A stretch of DNA of 58,243 bases, counting the filler, from Sphacelaria rigidula (Eukaryota): NCBI GenBank assembly GCA_964200075.2. It is 7 parts of 7 records of this genome, joined end to end, with 100 filler letters (N's around TTAATTAATTAA, not from the genome) between each part and the next. Parts side by side here need not be neighbours in the genome. Positions count along the whole stretch, not along the records: positions 1 to 8,236 come from CAXNAA020011827.1; positions 8,337 to 16,571 come from CAXNAA020011828.1; 5 more parts are not named here. One strand, given 5' to 3'. Shown here in pieces: positions 1-13,085 of this stretch (its first letter is position 1; every line of letters starts with the position of its first letter). A program made the position numbers and the translations under genes. Under the pieces are notes generated by a model. The model ran no database searches. It saw nothing but the letters and a program-made list of their open reading frames with translations, and was not told the origin of the DNA.

Positions 1-1898
1 CAGCGATCACACTATCCGCTACTTGCCCTCCCCCTTCCCCCAAAAAAGCGCGGAAACCCGTGGGGTGGGGGGTGTTCCCCCCCCCCCCCCCCAGCAGAAA
101 ATGCGGCGATGGTGATATTTTATGCTGCGCTACGTTGCCATGTTTATCACCATAATGAACGCTCTGTCCTCTCCTACTCTGTTGTCGCTGTACTGCAGGG
201 GTGATGTACGGCACTGCACTGCTGGACTGTTGGCGCACTGTTAATCTAATCTCGCAATACAGACGGTGCCATCACGTACAACCACAGAGCACTATCGTGT
301 ATTACCCTGGGGTACCAGGGTATGACACTGTACTCGAAGATTAATCACCACCTGCCTGGTCTTCGTCTTTCTGCACGAGTACGCAGTCCCCCTCTCATGC
401 AGAAAATGACTGTACGGAACTGTTTCACCAATCTGTGATATCGTCTGTCTGTACTAGAAACGGACCCCCCGAATTCGAGTATCCCCGGGATCTGAAAAAA
501 ATGGAGATTCGTCCCCATCAAAGTTGGCCTTGAATTTCGGTATGGCCGTATGATTTCAATTTTACTCGGGTATGATGGTATGATTTCAATTTTACTCAAG
601 TTGTGGCAGGAGTTGAGGTGCGATCTCAATGCTGACAAATATTGGGTTATTATAGTATCCCCTCAATACTGCACCCAATTTTCGAATGCTAAAAGTATGA
701 CTTCATGTAAACTCGGGTACAGAGTATACCCCACTTGATCTACCCTTAGAAATATCGTCGCCGACCCTTGGGCTGTATCTCAACAGGATGGTGACAAAGG
801 CGTCTTCGGGACCGGAATTTCTAGTGAGTACTCTGTGAGTGATCGTCGCGATATCACCCCCGCCCTCCGAAACTCTGTGAAAACGAGCGAGGCTGCTCGC
901 CATAACATTGAGCTCATAGAGGTGCAACGTGACGACCACAAGGCGATGTATCTAAAAATATGACGGAGACCCACCGTACGACTCTCGAACTTCCAAGGTC
1001 CATCATCCTGGAATGGACACGGCATTGGTCTAGAAGTAGCTGGTGATGGTCTGAATACTATGATACTGCTTCAAGTCGCATCGGTTCTGAATCAAATGGG
1101 ATATGACGACTCGGGTCCGTCTTGGGTCACTTAAAACATGCAGAGGGGTCAACAATCGAACGCTGTGAAGCTATCTTCCCACACACATGGTCGCCCGTCG
1201 TATAAATTGATCGCCGTAAAAAGATGGCCAAAACGTGGAGGCGCGTCTGTGTCATCGCTGCCTGTGCCTGTTCACCTTGGATCTTTTGTGTACGGCTACG
1301 GAGTTCTAGTCGCGGGTCCTGTGCCGCCCGCTGAGACTTCTTTGGGCACGCGTCGTCCAGTTTGGAGAAAGTCTCATGTGTTTTCGGTCAGACTCGACTT
1401 GCTCGCTGTGGTCAGACAAACTTTGGCGAAAACGCTTTCTAGAGGCGTTGTCCTCTTAGTCTCGCAAGAGGCATAACCTCGATGGTCTTCAGCGATTCAC
1501 GATCATTGAGGACGAAAAGTGTTCACACAGTAGCTGCCTGTACACGCCTCTCAATGACAAAATAGGTGCAACCAGGTGTCTGACACAATATGTGCAATAC
1601 TCAACTCTAGTGGAGTACGTTGCACTGAGTACCGTGAGGTGAGGTACAGCTTGTGCATGCTGTGTGCACATTTTTCATTTTTGCGGTTACGCGAAACAGC
1701 TAAAAATGCCCTGGGGATGACGTTACACACTGGGGGTGACCCTGCGTTGCTCTTTGCACGTTTGCTTCGATGTCACCGTGCCTCCGCCCACTTTACGATG
1801 ATACTGTTCCTTCTGCCAGCACCCCCTCATTCCTTAACGTGCGCCCTCCTCTTTCGCCATCCTCGCTTGTGTTTTTTGTGTCTATTGAACTCACACAG

Positions 1899-4800
1899 GT
1901 TCTAGGTGCACGCTCCGTTCACTCCACAAACAGGTGCAGTAAAACGCGAACTTCGAAGTGGCGCACACGCGAGTAAAGAGTGAAGCTTCGCCAAAGTAGG
2001 GCAGAGATTCGATGTTGTCGTCCCCAAACCGTTCGGTCAGGTGTCCTTCCGGTGGAACGGTAGTCTAGGAAGACCTTGAAGCCGTTAAAGATCTGTAGCT
2101 ACTCGGCCGGGGGCAGCTCGGTAGTCTTGTACTCGCCGCTGCGGCACAATGTCATGACAGTTTTCGAAAGGCCTCCTTCAAAACTTTCAAGGGTCGGACA
2201 AATAATGATTTGTCTGAAAATTATTTGGTTTTGGTATAGTGAGTCGACTCGTGACGAGTCGATCCCTAGGCTTGGGTTCAGCGTTGCAACCCAGGTAGAC
2301 GTAGCCCAGATACGTTGAATGTCGCAAAAGTTGCGTGGATACCCCTCGGACCAGCGATGATATTTTTTCTCTCTTTTTGGCAATCAGGCCGAAGAAATCG
2401 TGAGTTCGGTGATTTCGAGTCGTGATGATTCGTCCTAACCGTGAAAACTTTCATGCTCTAGGGAAGCCTACACTTGGAACCCACTTAGATTTCCGCAAGA
2501 TGAACGATATTGTTGTTACCAAGCTGTTGTTGCGTCAAAGCCCCATTTGAGCAAGTGCCTGTGTCTAGGGGAGGGTGGATTGACTTTCAGCGGTGAAGCT
2601 CTTGTACTTTGCACTGGATTGGACTGGGCTGTTGTATACAAGACCGCAGTGCGTGTAGCTTTAGCCGAGAAACTTGCGTCCTCCAGCCCCGACAATTCGT
2701 TCGCTGATTGGTTTAACGTACACATACCCTGGCAAGAAATGAGGCGACTGCATGTGATGGGTCACCGCAGGGTCGTTTCAAGTAGCATTGGGGATCAGGC
2801 TTGCACGCATCATAGCTCGCCGATCCGCTAGTTACTCTAATTATCAACGGCGTTTTGGCGTGTGCTATATCTCTGCGCAGATTGGCAATGGTTCTCAAGG
2901 AGGGTGATAAGTTCCCGGAATCTTCTTTCCAGATTCTCAAAGATGGCGGACCGAAGGTACGGACTGTTACCGCTCTTGTTGTCGTTTTGATGCTCATGTT
3001 TTTTGCAACTCCAGGCTTGTGTGCTCGTTTTTCAAAACCAAAGTTTAACGCTCATAGAAGGGCAGATCGTTGACTTTTTCGCGGCGAGTGGACTGGCGCA
3101 GATCACGTCTTATTTTTATTCTCCGTCCCGAAACTGTTCGTCATCCGCCACCGTTCATACTGTTTTGCGGTCCGGCGAGCTAACAATTTTTGCCGGAGAA
3201 CACCCTCGACCTTGTTACGTGATTGTTTTGTGCCTTTTGTGTCGCCGTTGACCGCCTGACCTCCACTTCGGAACATTTCCATGAAAATTCCAATTTGCAT
3301 AAATTCAACTTACTTTTTTATTTTGTCGACTGCCTTTCCTCATGTAGGACGTGTCCTCCGCGGAATTGTTCTCGGGCAAGAAAGTCGTGATCTGCGGGGT
3401 TCCCGGTGCCTTCACCCCAACCTGCAGCGACAACCACCTCCCCTCCTTCATCGCGCTCGCTGACAAGTTCAAGGTATGGGTTTATACGGTCAAATACCAC
3501 TTACCGAAGTCGGGAGGCGACGATAGTCGTGATACCTCCCCGAGTAGTTGACGGGGTTGACGTGCTAGTCACCTCGTTATCGTGCTACGACAGATCATGT
3601 GTGTCAGCCGGAACACTTTTGACGCCAGCAGACGTTCGTAGCATGATGAATGTGTCGAATGTTTTAGTGGTTAGAACTTGGCTTAACAGGGCAATGCATG
3701 GTCATGCAAGACTCATGTATTGACTTCCCGCACACCCCGAAACATGCCCCTGAACGTAACACAGTCGGACAGCTCTGGACAAACCTAGGCCCCACTCCAT
3801 CCCTCTTCCCCTTCGAACTCGGTGAACGCACCGCATCACGGAAACACACAGTTTATTCTCTACGACCTTTTGCACTGCACTCTACAAACTGTTCGAGCAA
3901 CCTACACGTACATGTTTCACCTGGGCGCTCTTTGATCTCATCTCCCCGGGAGTAAAATGTGCTATATATTGCCGTTCACCTGAGGATGGGGTTCTCGTCC
4001 CGGTGTACATCTCTGCATTTTCTTCTCGAAGCTTGTTTAAATTATCATCGAGTCTAGGTGTAGTTTGTGTACTCCCGTCACCGAGTTCATCTTGCGAGTC
4101 ATTCTTCGACCTCCACGCTTACGTATTGTGAAATGCATCGTGAGCAGGAGAAGGGTGTTGACACGGTGGCATGCATGTCGGTAAACGACGCGTTCGTCAT
4201 GAGTCGGTGGATCAAGTCTCTCGACGCTGACGACAAAGTGACGATGCTTGCCGACGGTGGCGCCGCGTTTGCGGAGGCGAGCGGGCTTGCTGTCAAGACC
4301 GGTAACTTCGGTGGATCTCGCCTCAACCGACTGGCCATGATCGTGAGTCACCTAATTAATGCTCATGCACAGTGTTCCGTTTTTTGTTCGTGCGCTGAAA
4401 TCTGAGGCGCACCAAGACGATGCAAATATATCCGTTTTTTCTTGTTCGTTCATGTGTACCATCGGTTCAGGTCGGATATATTTGCATCGCATTGTCGTGG
4501 ACTTGTCTCTGTTTCACAATCGCCAACACCCCATGTCGATGTCAACGGTAGTCGATTGGTTAGTCAATCGCAAGGGCTCATGGATTTGAAGAACAGAGGC
4601 AACCACGGTCGAAGATACCCTCGACTTTCCCCCCCTCGCCTCCTTGAAAGGTTCGAAATACGTATGCTTCCATCATGACATGGCGTGACTCGCCTTGCGG
4701 CTGATTGGGTTTGGAGTCATTTCGCTCCGTTCGTGGTGTATGCTTTGGTGGATTGTACGAGTTCTTGTATTTCGGATACTATGTGAGGGGTTGTGCAGTC

Positions 4801-5234
4801 TTTCGAAGCCCGTCTGCACACAGTCGACTGATTGATTTTTTCCCTCCCAAGCGAGAAATGAGAGAAACGCATCCACCGGCCGCCAAATATCTCGAGGGAA
4901 ACCACCCGCCGGTCATGACCGTTTTTTTCCACAACTGAGGGCAGTTGCGGTGCTGAAGTATTGAGGTTCGTATCCCCTGTAGTTCATTGTACTCTGGAAC
5001 GTGTGCGCGCTCTGGAACATTTCGAGTCTTGTCTCTTGCTGTGGAAATCTGCCCACTAATCGTCGTTGCTTGTCTCCATCCTCTTGTCGCTCTTGATCGT
5101 CTGTGTGATCTCGTGGATGTCGCTTAATATCGCACTCGAAGGTGAATGACGGCACCGTCGAGAAGCTCTTCCTTGAGGAGGGTACGGGCTACTCTGACAA
5201 GTCCTCGGGTGACAACGTTCTCTCTGCCCTGTGA
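1899..5234 (+). CDS. Type II peroxiredoxin (PRX5/PrxII family), spliced; first exon not identified. Exons 1899-1933, 2881-2956, 3348-3473, 4148-4342, 5142-5234
   Basis: GT-AG junctions join in phase to VLGARSVHSTNRLAMVLKEGDKFPESSFQILKDGGPK/DVSSAELFSGKKVVICGVPGAFTPTCSDNHLPSF.../EKGVDTVACMSVNDAFVMSRW...VTMLADGG...RLNRLAMI/VNDGTVEKLFLEEGTGYSDKSSGDNVLSAL*. The PGAFTPTCS...HLP peroxidatic motif and SVNDAFVM motif are diagnostic. The small first listed exon is the least certain and resembles a transit-peptide end. Confidence 0.93.
2200..2443 (+). repeat. Dispersed repeat in peroxiredoxin intron; second copy at about 45121-45332
   Basis: Shared blocks such as cgactcgtgacga..aaagttgcgtggatacccct.ggaccagcgat..ggcaatcaggcc..gagtcgtgatgatt.gtccta.ccgtg occur in both places. 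Confidence 0.8.
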
Positions 5235-6572
5235 GGCGGCGATGGCAGCACATGCACACGCGCCTCCTAGTTCTGGCTTCATAGTAGCAAGCACACTTCG
5301 TTGCACCTGTCATGCTGTTCAGTAGCGAACGTGTGAGTGTGTGATCAGGCGTGCCGCGACGTTTAAAGGTACAAGAGACGCAAAAAAGCATTTCGGGCGT
5401 GACTTTTCAAGCCTGGCAGTGTGAGTCCCTCATCATGAGTGAATGTGGACATACATCAGCGGGACCCGGGTGCTATTTTTGTTGCAGCTGGGCATGATCC
5501 GCCTCTACACAATCGTGCCGTCTATCCCGTAGTGCATATGAGGCCAGCAACAAACGTGCTTTTTCGCAAATCACATCCGACGCTTCGACTTGTGTCCACT
5601 TTTTTATGCAAATGCCGACCTCCACGAAACACCCTCTCAAATTACATGGACGGTGTCACTGACGTGCATAATACACCACAAAAAATGCATCATCTTCAAC
5701 GGTGGTGCGCGGCGTTCGTTTGTCGAGGGGTAAATCCTCCGTTGCCTGATTATTATTCTTCTCCATGGTGACGTGTATGTGAGCGTTAGTCGCGGCTTGC
5801 TGGGAAGCTTGGATTAGAGGCGTTATTTGCACACACTTGCAAATACAAATGCGCACCTACTAGGTATCACTTCTTCCTGCATTGTGATGCTAAACACTGA
5901 TGGTCGCTTCTTGTTGAGTGAGTGGTCTGCTCCGTATTGAATCGCAACGGTTCGAATGGCGAGGTCGGAATTTTGCACCGAGTGCTGATCGTGATGCGAA
6001 ACCGCCGCACTCTGGTCCGAATATCAAAAGCCCTTCGGAGATTCCCACTCGACTGAAATATCGAGAAGCAACCAACACTCATGATCATTGTCTTGATTCC
6101 GTGATCATGTGCGCTCGAGCACCAACACTCCGAAGAATCGGAGAGTTTTTATACGTCATTCTGTTGCGTCTTATGACTTCGACGATATGACCTTGCTCGT
6201 CGAAGTGAGTGATGACGTGGCCACCGAGATGTGGAACACGAAATGAACAGCGAAAGATCGATGTGTCTTCGCACTGGATGAACGCCTTAGTATCTGTGAT
6301 GAAAGTGGTTACACCGGAAGAAAAAATCGCTATTGAAATTCTAATGATTCTTGACGGAATAGAAGAACGGGGGTAGGACTGGAATCGGAGAAAGGTGTTA
6401 TCCCACATCAATCGCTTCGCGCGTAAATCCCGGTTTTAGTTTCATGGTACCTCGAGACCGATGAGAGACGAGTCGCGGGTGATGTACAAGTGCTGACGAT
6501 CACCGCAAAACTTCACGCATGATTTTGGATTTTGAACTCTGTAAGTTTCGATTCAGGTACCATAGGCCATGA

Positions 6573-6965
6573 TGCATTTTCGACCCTCCTCCGTTCTTCT
6601 TCCCCTGTGTAAAAAGTTAGGCGGCTGTTGCCATCTTGATATGGCCTGCTCTACTCGCTGTTCGCTGGGACGGTTCCAGAGCACCTCTGCGTTTCCCGTA
6701 GATCACGGTTTCAGTGTGGCCAGTCTTGCATCTTCGATAACAAACGATCAAGTTATCTGGGAACAGGGGAAAACTGACGTTTTTTCGGTAACTTGACTGT
6801 TTGTCTCTGAAAATGCATGTTTGGCCAAAAACGGAACCGTCTCCAACGGAAAACGCAAAGGTGCTCTGGAACCGTCTCAGCGAGTAGAGCAAGTGATCCC
6901 AAGGTGTCAACAGCCGCTTGACCCTTTTTTCGGGGTAAAAATGACGGAGGAGGTTCAAGAATGCA
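6573..6965. mobile_element. Degenerate foldback/MITE, same family as 51701-52123
   Basis: Left arm tgcattttcgaccctcctccgt..gctctactcgctg..ttccagagcac is the reverse complement of right arm gtgctctggaa..cagcgagtagagc..acggaggaggttcaagaatgca. Confidence 0.8.
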
Positions 6966-8236
6966 CTCTTGCAAACTTGTACTATCGATACACCTCAAAC
7001 ATACGTATGTTCTATAGACTGGTAACCGGAGATTGAGATGTTCGAAACTTCGGGGGGCGGAGGGCAACCCCATCCACAAGTTGACGTGCGTTGGTCAGCC
7101 CCACTTTTCATCGCGAGGACGATTTAGCGGTCAGTTTCCCTCACTGGTCTTGTTTCACCTGGAGACAAATTTGAACGTCTCCCTAGGCTCGTTTTTCCTC
7201 TGGAGGGCCGCGGACCCCTCCCGATGCATTTTGGGGGGTAGCCAAATGGCGGTGTGTGTGACATTTGGACTTATTTGTGACTGGACAACAACGAAGAAGC
7301 TGAACACATGTGAAAATCACAACCCTACCTAACTACCTAAATAACTACCTCCTATTTTTCTTCTGATAAAACTGCACAGACCCCGGGGAAGATATTATCC
7401 CATCCCCTCAGTAACACGCGCTGTGATCATGAATCACGGGCCTAATGTTGATTCTCCGACCGCTAGGGTAGGTCACCCGCTGAATCGGCATCAATTTCAC
7501 TGGAAAATGTGAGTGCTCCAGGTGGTCTATCCGTATCGCGATCTGAGGGTTGAAACAATGGGCAGCCGTCACCTCGGAACAGTCTCACAGGCTGACGGTC
7601 CGTGGACATCCGGGGGTTTCCAGTGGCTGGGGGGTAGTTTTCGACCGGGAAGGGGTGTCTGTCCGAAGCGCAGCCGAAAAGCTCGCCAAGTCAACCATTT
7701 AGACCATGTGGAAGTTTTCCGCGGGAAATTTTAAGCCAGGACGGTACCCGAGAGACGTGGAATGACCATTCTGATCAATCACACGGTCAAGATGAAAATG
7801 TAGTTCCCCTATAGGTGGACCACGGGTGGACTACTTTTCTGGCTGCTGGCATACAGTATCTCATGATGATCATGACAATTTAACCGTAAATTACATATTA
7901 GTACGAGCTGGGCCAGCCTAGAGGCGGATTTGACGTTTGCAGGCCCATGCTCCCGCCAGTTTGTAAAGTTTCTGGCGGTTGTCATGCGTTTTTTTACCCT
8001 TTACAAAACCGGGTCTGTAGAAATTCGGAAAAGTATTTCGCAGGCCACTCACCGGTCCATGTTTGGTTTTCGCGTATTGAAATTCTGTGTGGACGCTCTC
8101 TAAGGCGTAATGAACAAAAAAAGGGCGAGCCAGGTTGATATTTTTCAACCTTTTCACCGGTTAACAGCCGATTTCATTTTTTGGGGTTCATACAAAATAT
8201 GGGGCCGAAGTGGCATATCTGTCTTGCACGAAAGAC

Positions 8237-8336
8237 NNNNNNNNNNNNNNNNNNNNNNNNNNNNNNNNNNNNNNNNNNNNTTAATTAATTAANNNNNNNN
8301 NNNNNNNNNNNNNNNNNNNNNNNNNNNNNNNNNNNN
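8237..8336. other. Artificial contig spacer N44-TTAATTAATTAA-N44 (also 16572-16671, 24907-25006, 33242-33341, 41576-41675, 49910-50009)
   Basis: An identical 100-nt linker with stops in all six frames recurs every 8334-8335 nt. Confidence 0.98.
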
Positions 8337-8439
8337 CGTGAGCGAAATTGCTGCAAACGAGCCCAATTGTGGGATCGCTGCCGGTTTGTCGGACGGTTTC
8401 CGGTGCACTTTTGTGGGGGGGCTATCTCGGCAATAGTCA
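8337..8439. mobile_element. Truncated end of the GAC..GTC MITE family (see 12027-12269)
   Basis: gggatcgc..ggtttgtcggacggt.tccggtgcacttttgtgggggggctatctcggcaatagtc is the reverse complement of about 12027-12105. Confidence 0.75.
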
Positions 8440-9147
8440 AAAGCTCGTGCAGAAGGAGGAACAGACCCGAAAGGAAGGCAGAACAAAGAGCGGAGCGTGT
8501 AGATATAGATGACGCTAGAGCTCGGTCACATTTAGGGGAGGTAAAAGTGGCGACTTGCAACGTCGATACTCTGTCCCTCGCGGGAACGGACGGGGCTGGT
8601 CATGCTAAAGTGATTCTGCGAAAGTGTCAAGCAGTGGATTGTGACGTAATCGGACTGCAGGAGACAAGGAGACAGGACCGGCCGACCCGAGTTCGCTTAC
8701 GCAAGGTACCGCACCTTCTGCTCACCCGCCCTACGATAGGCAGGGGGATGTTCCGAGCCAACCGTCGCACGAAGGAGCTACTGTGGAGAACCCCGCTGAG
8801 GCACAAACTATCGTTTGTTTGACAGTAATATCAAACGTCCGAGCCAAAAATCGCGAAATACGTGATATCTAAAAGCGTCGAAGACATCATCTCCGAGGGT
8901 TCGATCTCAACGCCCCCTCCCTCCCCCCCTCCCCAATGCTCCGTCCCGAAAGAGATGGGCAGTCAATGGTCAAACGACGAAGGAAAGCAGCAAATGAGTA
9001 CGTCCCCCTTATGACTATGACATGCAAGATCCTGAGTACGCCCCCTATCGTAGGGTGCGTCTGCTGCGGGGTGGAAGGGGGCGCGTCAAGGGCTGAAAAT
9101 ATAACTCGGGTTGATTTTAAGAAATCGATCACCAAGAAGGCGACGCG

Positions 9148-9374
9148 TGTAATGCGTGAGAGGACAGCGTGTTAAGAGGACCGCGTGCTTAGAGGACCAC
9201 GCCCTAGTTCAAAACACCTCAGGATCGACGTTTTTCAAAACCAATCGGGCCAGTCCCTGCAGGTACCACGCCCCTGACCACAACCCTAACACTAACCCTA
9301 ACCCCAACCCTAACCATAGGGGTGTTCAAATTCCGATGCGGTCCTCTAAGCACGCGGTTCTCTCACGCATTACA
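9148..9374. mobile_element. TGT..ACA MITE with internal CCCTAA-like repeats, copy 1
   Basis: TIR tgtaatgcgtgagaggac..gcgtgcttagaggacc / ggtcctctaagcacgcggttctctcacgcattaca; internal aaccctaacactaaccctaaccccaaccctaacc; flanks acgcg/atgtg, a probable decayed TSD; interrupts the LINE endonuclease region. Confidence 0.9.
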
Positions 9375-10972
9375 ATGTGGACCCAGGTGCTAACCAGCGA
9401 ACGCCTCATGGCTATGGCGTTCAAGCCTCGCAGGCAGTTTGATCGCTGTCACGTTTGTATTTGGCTATGTCCCTACAAAAACATCAAAGTAAAGATAAAT
9501 ATGCTCTGGGTTCAGTAGGACATCGCTGCGACCAACTTCCCAGCAAACGCCAACCATTTTTTTGGATGGACGCTAACGCTAGGACTGGGCTGAGAAGAGG
9601 AGACGAGGCCGGTAAAATAGTGGGGGCATACGACCGGGACTCCTGAGCCGACGGCAGCAACGGCACTCTTTTCCTACAATTTGCAGGTGACAAAAAGGCT
9701 TGCCCTGACCAACGCGGGTTTTCCCACATGTACGATCAAAGGTGTTTCGAATCGTTCCGCAGGCACAAGACGCATCAGCTATATCCTCACACGGAAAGAT
9801 CACTGCAGACTTGTTCGCAATGTCACTGTCCGTCTTCAGCCACGCAACGCGCCACACTCTGACCACCACATCGTGTAGACCTCAGTGTGTCCCCTTGGCC
9901 ACTTCGCACAACACACCTAGGCGAATCCCAATCACGCGCAAACCGGTCGACAAGCGGCCAACAACATCTAACACCGATACATGTGAGCAACTCACCCAGT
10001 TCATCATCAGCAAGCTCAAACGGAGTATACCTGGCGATACAGTCAGTACACTAGCTGCGAACGCTGTCGACGTACTCCTGGGTGCCATGAAAGGAAGGCC
10101 CCCGTCTAGCCCGAACGCCAAGTATACTGGGGTGGTTCGACGATGCTGCCATCCGAACGGAGTTCGAGCAGGCCTGGAATTGGGGGGAAATGGCGAGATC
10201 GACGGTGCGTCTGGGACCATCGAAATATACAGTCAGTGCAACGGCTGCGGGCTTCAACGACATACCCCTGAGCTCCGCTGAGAACGTGGTGTGCCGTTAG
10301 GCCCGAAAGCCACGTATACCAGGGTGTGTTGAAGATGCTGCCATCTGAACGGAGTTCGGACAGACCTGGAATGAGAGGAAAAGTGCGGAGTTAACGGTGC
10401 GAGTGGGACCGAGAGATGATCCCGCATGGGGTACCTTGGGAGGAGCGAGCGCAGGAAACTCAAAGATGTGATCCAAACTACGATGAACAGGTAGCTGGAG
10501 ATATATGCTATAAAGGGGAGCATATTAGAACTGGAGAGATGAGAGGGTGGTACAGACACCTGGAAGAAGGGGGGAGTCTGGCGGGACAAAGAGTAGAGAG
10601 CGAGCATTCTGTCCGAGACGAGGGCGGGAGCCTACTGAGAGATAGTGATCCATTTAATGACAGATGGGACCCGTACTGCTACAATTCGCTGAATGTCGCA
10701 TCGGCAACTATCGACCGAGCCGTCATCGAGAACATAGCACAACGGTCGATAGTGTTGTTACTTCGAGACTCGCCAAGACCAAGAGAAACTGAGGAGGCCC
10801 TGAATGCTATGGCGATCGAAAAGTCGATGGGTCCGGATGAGCCACCTAGTGAACTCCTCGAGCTTGGACTGATCGCCGAGAGTCTCCAGAGGTTCTGTAC
10901 CACTTCTATCGCATCATCGTCGCTGAGGCTTAGACAATCCGGCAAGGTGACTTACGAGTGGAAAGATGCCAC

Positions 10973-11183
10973 TGTAATGCGTGAGCGTACCGCGTGCTTT
11001 CTTGACCGTATTGGAGTTTAAATATACCTGTGGATAGGGTCAGGGTTAGGGTTAGTGTCGGGGTTAGGGTCAGGGGCGCGGTCCCTGCAGGGACTGGCCC
11101 GAGCGGTCTTGAAAAACGTCGGTCCCGGGGTGTTCTGCACTCCGATGCGGTCCAAAATGCACGTGGTCTGCTCACGCATTATA
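10973..11183. mobile_element. TGT..ACA MITE, copy 2 (opposite orientation)
   Basis: TIR tgtaatgcgtgagc / gctcacgcattata; internal agggttagggttagtgtcggggttaggg; CCAC on both sides. Removing the element and one CCAC restores LINE codons aaa gat gcc act atc aaa gtg (KDATIKV). Confidence 0.9.
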
Positions 11184-12026
11184 CCACTATCAAAGTGCTA
11201 GACAAGGAGGATGATACCGAGAGTGGTACCTACTAAAACAAGTGCTTCCCCTCGTGGCACATGCTGGTAAAGCTCCCTTCAAGCTCTTGGCAGGCAGCCT
11301 CGGTAGTTTATGCGACGAAGCAGGGATCTTGCGAGAAGACTAGTGCGAATTCCGGCGCCAGCGATCAGACCGACATGGTGTTCGTGGTACGCTGACTAAA
11401 GGAGTTGGGACGGGTGATAAATTTATCATTAAACATGTGCTTCATTGACCGCAAAAGCCCTACGATTCCGTAGACCGCGCGCTCCTGTTGGAAATACCAG
11501 CCCGGTTCGGAGTTCCTCCGCCAGTAATCACGATCATCCGTATATTTCACGATGACATGCGAGCTCGGATGCAGCTGGATGATGCCGAAATATCGGCGCG
11601 GTTCCACATTTGGGAGGGACGCATGCCAGGTTTACCAGAGACACAGGTAAAGTTGCCGTTTCGTCCCCGCTGTTGTTTAATATCTTTGTCGCAGCCTTGG
11701 TAGACGTGTTAGTACAGCAACACGCGGCAGACCCAGCTATCGTCTCAGATTTGGTATTCCTAGGTTATGCTCCAAACGGTAACGACGGTGAACTTCTGGA
11801 ACAGACTCCACTGGAGAAGCGCGATGCGGGCAACGCTTTATGCGGATGACGCCGGCCTAGTCTCGAGGACCGCAGACGGCTTTGCTAAAATGATGACCGT
11901 GGTACAGGTAGTGATGACCTGCCAGGAGTGCGGATTGACGGTATCGGAAAAAAGACAGAATCCATGCGCCTGTGCTCAGCACCCAGCTCCGCAGAGATCG
12001 CCCTGCACATCAGCGCGACAGGTCAA

Positions 12027-12269
12027 GACTGATGCCGAGATAGCCCCCCCACAAAAAGTGCACCGGAGACCGTCCGACAAACCAGCTGCGATCCCACTAT
12101 TGGGTGTAGCAATTCCGCCCACATGAGAGGCGTGTAGCAGTCCGAAATCAGCTATAACGCCCAAATGAGTCGCGTCGTGCAGCACGGAATCAGCTCTAAC
12201 GGCATTTATGATCATCGCCTCCGTGCACTTTTTTGGCCGGTTCGGGGGGGAGCTATCTCGGCAGCAGTC
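12027..12269. mobile_element. MITE with GAC..GTC termini and 4-bp TCAA target-site duplication
   Basis: TIR gactgatgccgagatagccccccc / ggggggagctatctcggcagcagtc; TCAA at 12023-12026 and 12270-12273; the empty site ggtcaacgg matches the other LINE copy. Confidence 0.88.
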
Positions 12270-13085
12270 TCAACGGCATAAGCAGACGACACAGTTTGTC
12301 TACCTTGGTGATGAGATTATTATCCATGAAAATCCCCCACTGTATTAGTGCTGCGTGGTCACGCATTTAAAAGTACTGTTTCCAACGCTACGATCGGTGT
12401 CGCGCCCAGCTACCTCTGGGAATATGGCTGCTTGAAGCGGAGATGGTGGAAGCTATGCTGAACAGATGTCCTACATGAACGTTGAGTCCCGACGACTTCG
12501 AGAGTCTGCGCGCTACCCTCCGCCAGCTTTTACTGCGAGTAGTTGGCTTCCGCAGGAAAAAGTCAACGGGTCACAAGACTCTTTGGTGCAGAGATGTGGT
12601 CAAGATGACTAACTGAAAGCGTATCGAGGTGATCATCCGCAAGCGTCAACGCTGATTCGCAAGGGTCCTTGTCCGAAAGATTGTAATACGTATTCCAAAT
12701 CGCATCATTTTCAAACAGTTACCTGCAACAGGGCTTATGGAAGCTGACCGCCTCTTCAAGCAATGGGGGACCGCCTCCAGGAAACTCTATGTACACTACG
12801 GGCCCTTCCACGCAGAGGAGCACAACGGAAATTGTTCGTCTGTGGTGTAGTTGCCAAAGACACACACGAATAGGTCACTGCGGCGAAGAACATAGAAAAA
12901 TGTCATTTCGCTGTCGATGAAGGGGCGGAAGAGTTCATGCAGACGTGACGGCGCCAAGATCAGCGCCAATCGGACCTTTGCCACAAACGGGAGGCTGCTG
13001 CAGCGAGAGACGCCTTTCGGAGAGCGAGAGTCGCCTTTCGGAGAGCCGCCACCGGTGACACAGCAACAACTCGCGAGGAGTCCAG

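Noticed and set aside
6251..6372. Possible isolated exon RKIDVSSHWMNALVSVMKVVTPEEKIAIEILMILDGIEERG
   Set aside because: Plausible AG/GT ends, but no partner exons or recognisable motif; not enough support.
8281..8292. Recurrent TTAATTAATTAA motif as a biological site or regularly spaced array
   Set aside because: Always embedded in N runs as an identical 100-nt linker; it is an assembly spacer.
9270..9315. True telomere or chromosome-fusion scar
   Set aside because: The CCCTAA-like units are short, degenerate and internal to a TIR-bounded MITE present three times.
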